A stretch of DNA of 63,513 nt, filler included, from Perkinsus chesapeaki ATCC PRA-425 (lineage: Eukaryota; Protista; Perkinsozoa): NCBI GenBank assembly GCA_013115145.1. It is 7 parts of 7 records of this genome, joined end to end, with 100 filler letters (N's around TTAATTAATTAA, not from the genome) between each part and the next. Parts side by side here need not be neighbours in the genome. Positions count along the whole stretch, not along the records: positions 62,461 to 63,513 come from JAAPAO010002249.1; 6 more parts are not named here. One strand, 5' to 3'. Position numbers and translations under genes: made by a program. The notes under the pieces are model-generated. The model worked only from the letters and a program-made list of their open reading frames with translations, did no database searches and was not told the DNA's origin. Below, piece by piece: positions 62,361 to 63,513 of the stretch. Position 1 is the first letter of the stretch; each line of letters starts with the position of its first letter.

Positions 62361-62460
62361 NNNNNNNNNNNNNNNNNNNNNNNNNNNNNNNNNNNNNNNN
62401 NNNNTTAATTAATTAANNNNNNNNNNNNNNNNNNNNNNNNNNNNNNNNNNNNNNNNNNNN
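62361..62460. other. Artificial contig linker
   Basis: N-TTAATTAATTAA-N, 100 nt. Confidence 0.98.
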
Positions 62461-63500
62461 GTCTTGTCAACATTACCAATATTAATAGTAGCAGGACGGC
62501 CACCACAAGGAATGAAGAGATCAGCGGAGAAGTACTCCATCTCAGGGAAGTGATTTCTAACATCAACACCGGATTTGAAGTGATCACCATTAGGTAGGGT
62601 TACATCCTTATCATCAATGGTGACTAAGAAAGCCTTTGGATCAGTTGATAACTTATCACGAGAGAAGTTAGAAATACCAACTCTGAGATGAGCCAAACGA
62701 GTTAACTCCTCTCTATTCAATCCCTGAGGATCATAAGCAACACCGGTACCATCACATATAGCAACCGTCTTATCCTTAGAGATAAGTATCTCGTTGGAAC
62801 CAAGATCACCATCGGGGCCACCGGACATGACCTTAGTGAGGTTAGACTCTTGAAGACCCAACTTGTCCAAAAGCTCGATAACATACTGATGAATTGAGTT
62901 AGTAGTCATAGCGTACTTATCATGAGGAATACCACCAAGAACGACAGATTTACCAGTAGTCAATGACTTCCAGTACTTATAACCACGAGCCTTAGCTCTT
63001 AAAGCACCCAAATTCATGAAACCAGCAGTATTCTCATCAGGGCCAAAGAATAACATCTCAGGCTTAGTGAGATGAGAATAAATACCAGTCTCCTTAGCAA
63101 GGATGCAATCAAGCAAAGCATCAATGTAATTGTTGAAAGCCTCACGACCACTAGTCTTCAAATTCTGTGAATCCATATCCATCAATATGGTACCCTTTGA
63201 TCCACCCTCAGGGATATCCTTGTTCTTCAATTGTTGAGTGTAGGCCAAATTATAGTTCTCCTCCAATAGAGTAGCACAGTTCTTCTTGTAGACCTGTCCA
63301 TTCCTGGATAATATAAGTCTGATACCACCACGAGCAATCTCAGTAAATCTGATATGGAAACCATAGAAGCTTCTACCAACAACAAGATAGACAGCATAAG
63401 GGATAGTAGGGAAGAGTGTACGAGGACGATCAGCCAATACATCACCATCAAATCTCATTGCAATAGCAGAGGCTGTACCAGGCTTGAAGAAGTTAGTCAT
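62461..63500 (-). CDS. gdh2: NAD-specific glutamate dehydrogenase (large GDH2 type), internal exon, truncated
   Basis: ARGGIRL, QQLKNKDIPEGGSKG, FFGPDENTA, TGK..LGGIPHD.YAMTT, GGPDGDLGSNE and DLFIPCGGRP. The exon opens after a CAG acceptor at 63501-63503. Confidence 0.96.
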
Positions 63501-63513
63501 CTGGAGATGGGCG

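Noticed and set aside
10330-62460. Six identical TTAATTAATTAA motifs in N runs
   Set aside because: Artificial six-frame-stop contig linkers, not biology. Any gene neighbourhood across them is meaningless.

Overview
Eukaryotic, intron-rich genomic DNA. It is most likely a Perkinsus-like alveolate; this is inferred from short GT-AG introns, lineage-specific secreted gene arrays and gene content. The window is seven contigs joined by artificial 100-nt N-TTAATTAATTAA-N linkers, so adjacency across linkers is not biological. Recognisable genes: a CAMK/CDPK-type kinase, a WD40 protein, an ACAD10-like HAD+APH-kinase ending in SKL, tRNA-Thr(UGU), START-like and PIMT-like genes, a partial MsrB and a partial NAD-glutamate dehydrogenase. 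There are also three families of secreted proteins in tandem arrays. Mobile elements: a complete non-autonomous hAT element (CAGGGTGTTTGA TIRs, 8-bp TSD) and a full-length but frameshifted Ngaro-type tyrosine-recombinase retrotransposon (A1-ORFs-B1-A2-B2). The standout observation is roughly 27-30 short scars that obey one rule: for an 8-mer X1-X8, the scar reads X1-X7 + revcomp(X1-X8) + X2-X8, or a longer-armed version of this. Ten are perfect 22-mers. This is the expected product of hAT excision through flanking-DNA hairpins, rejoined on the inverted TSD as microhomology. Two internal paralog comparisons show the empty 8-bp site. Two such scars are exactly the lesions that frameshift the Ngaro reverse transcriptase. 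All alignments and counts were done by eye.
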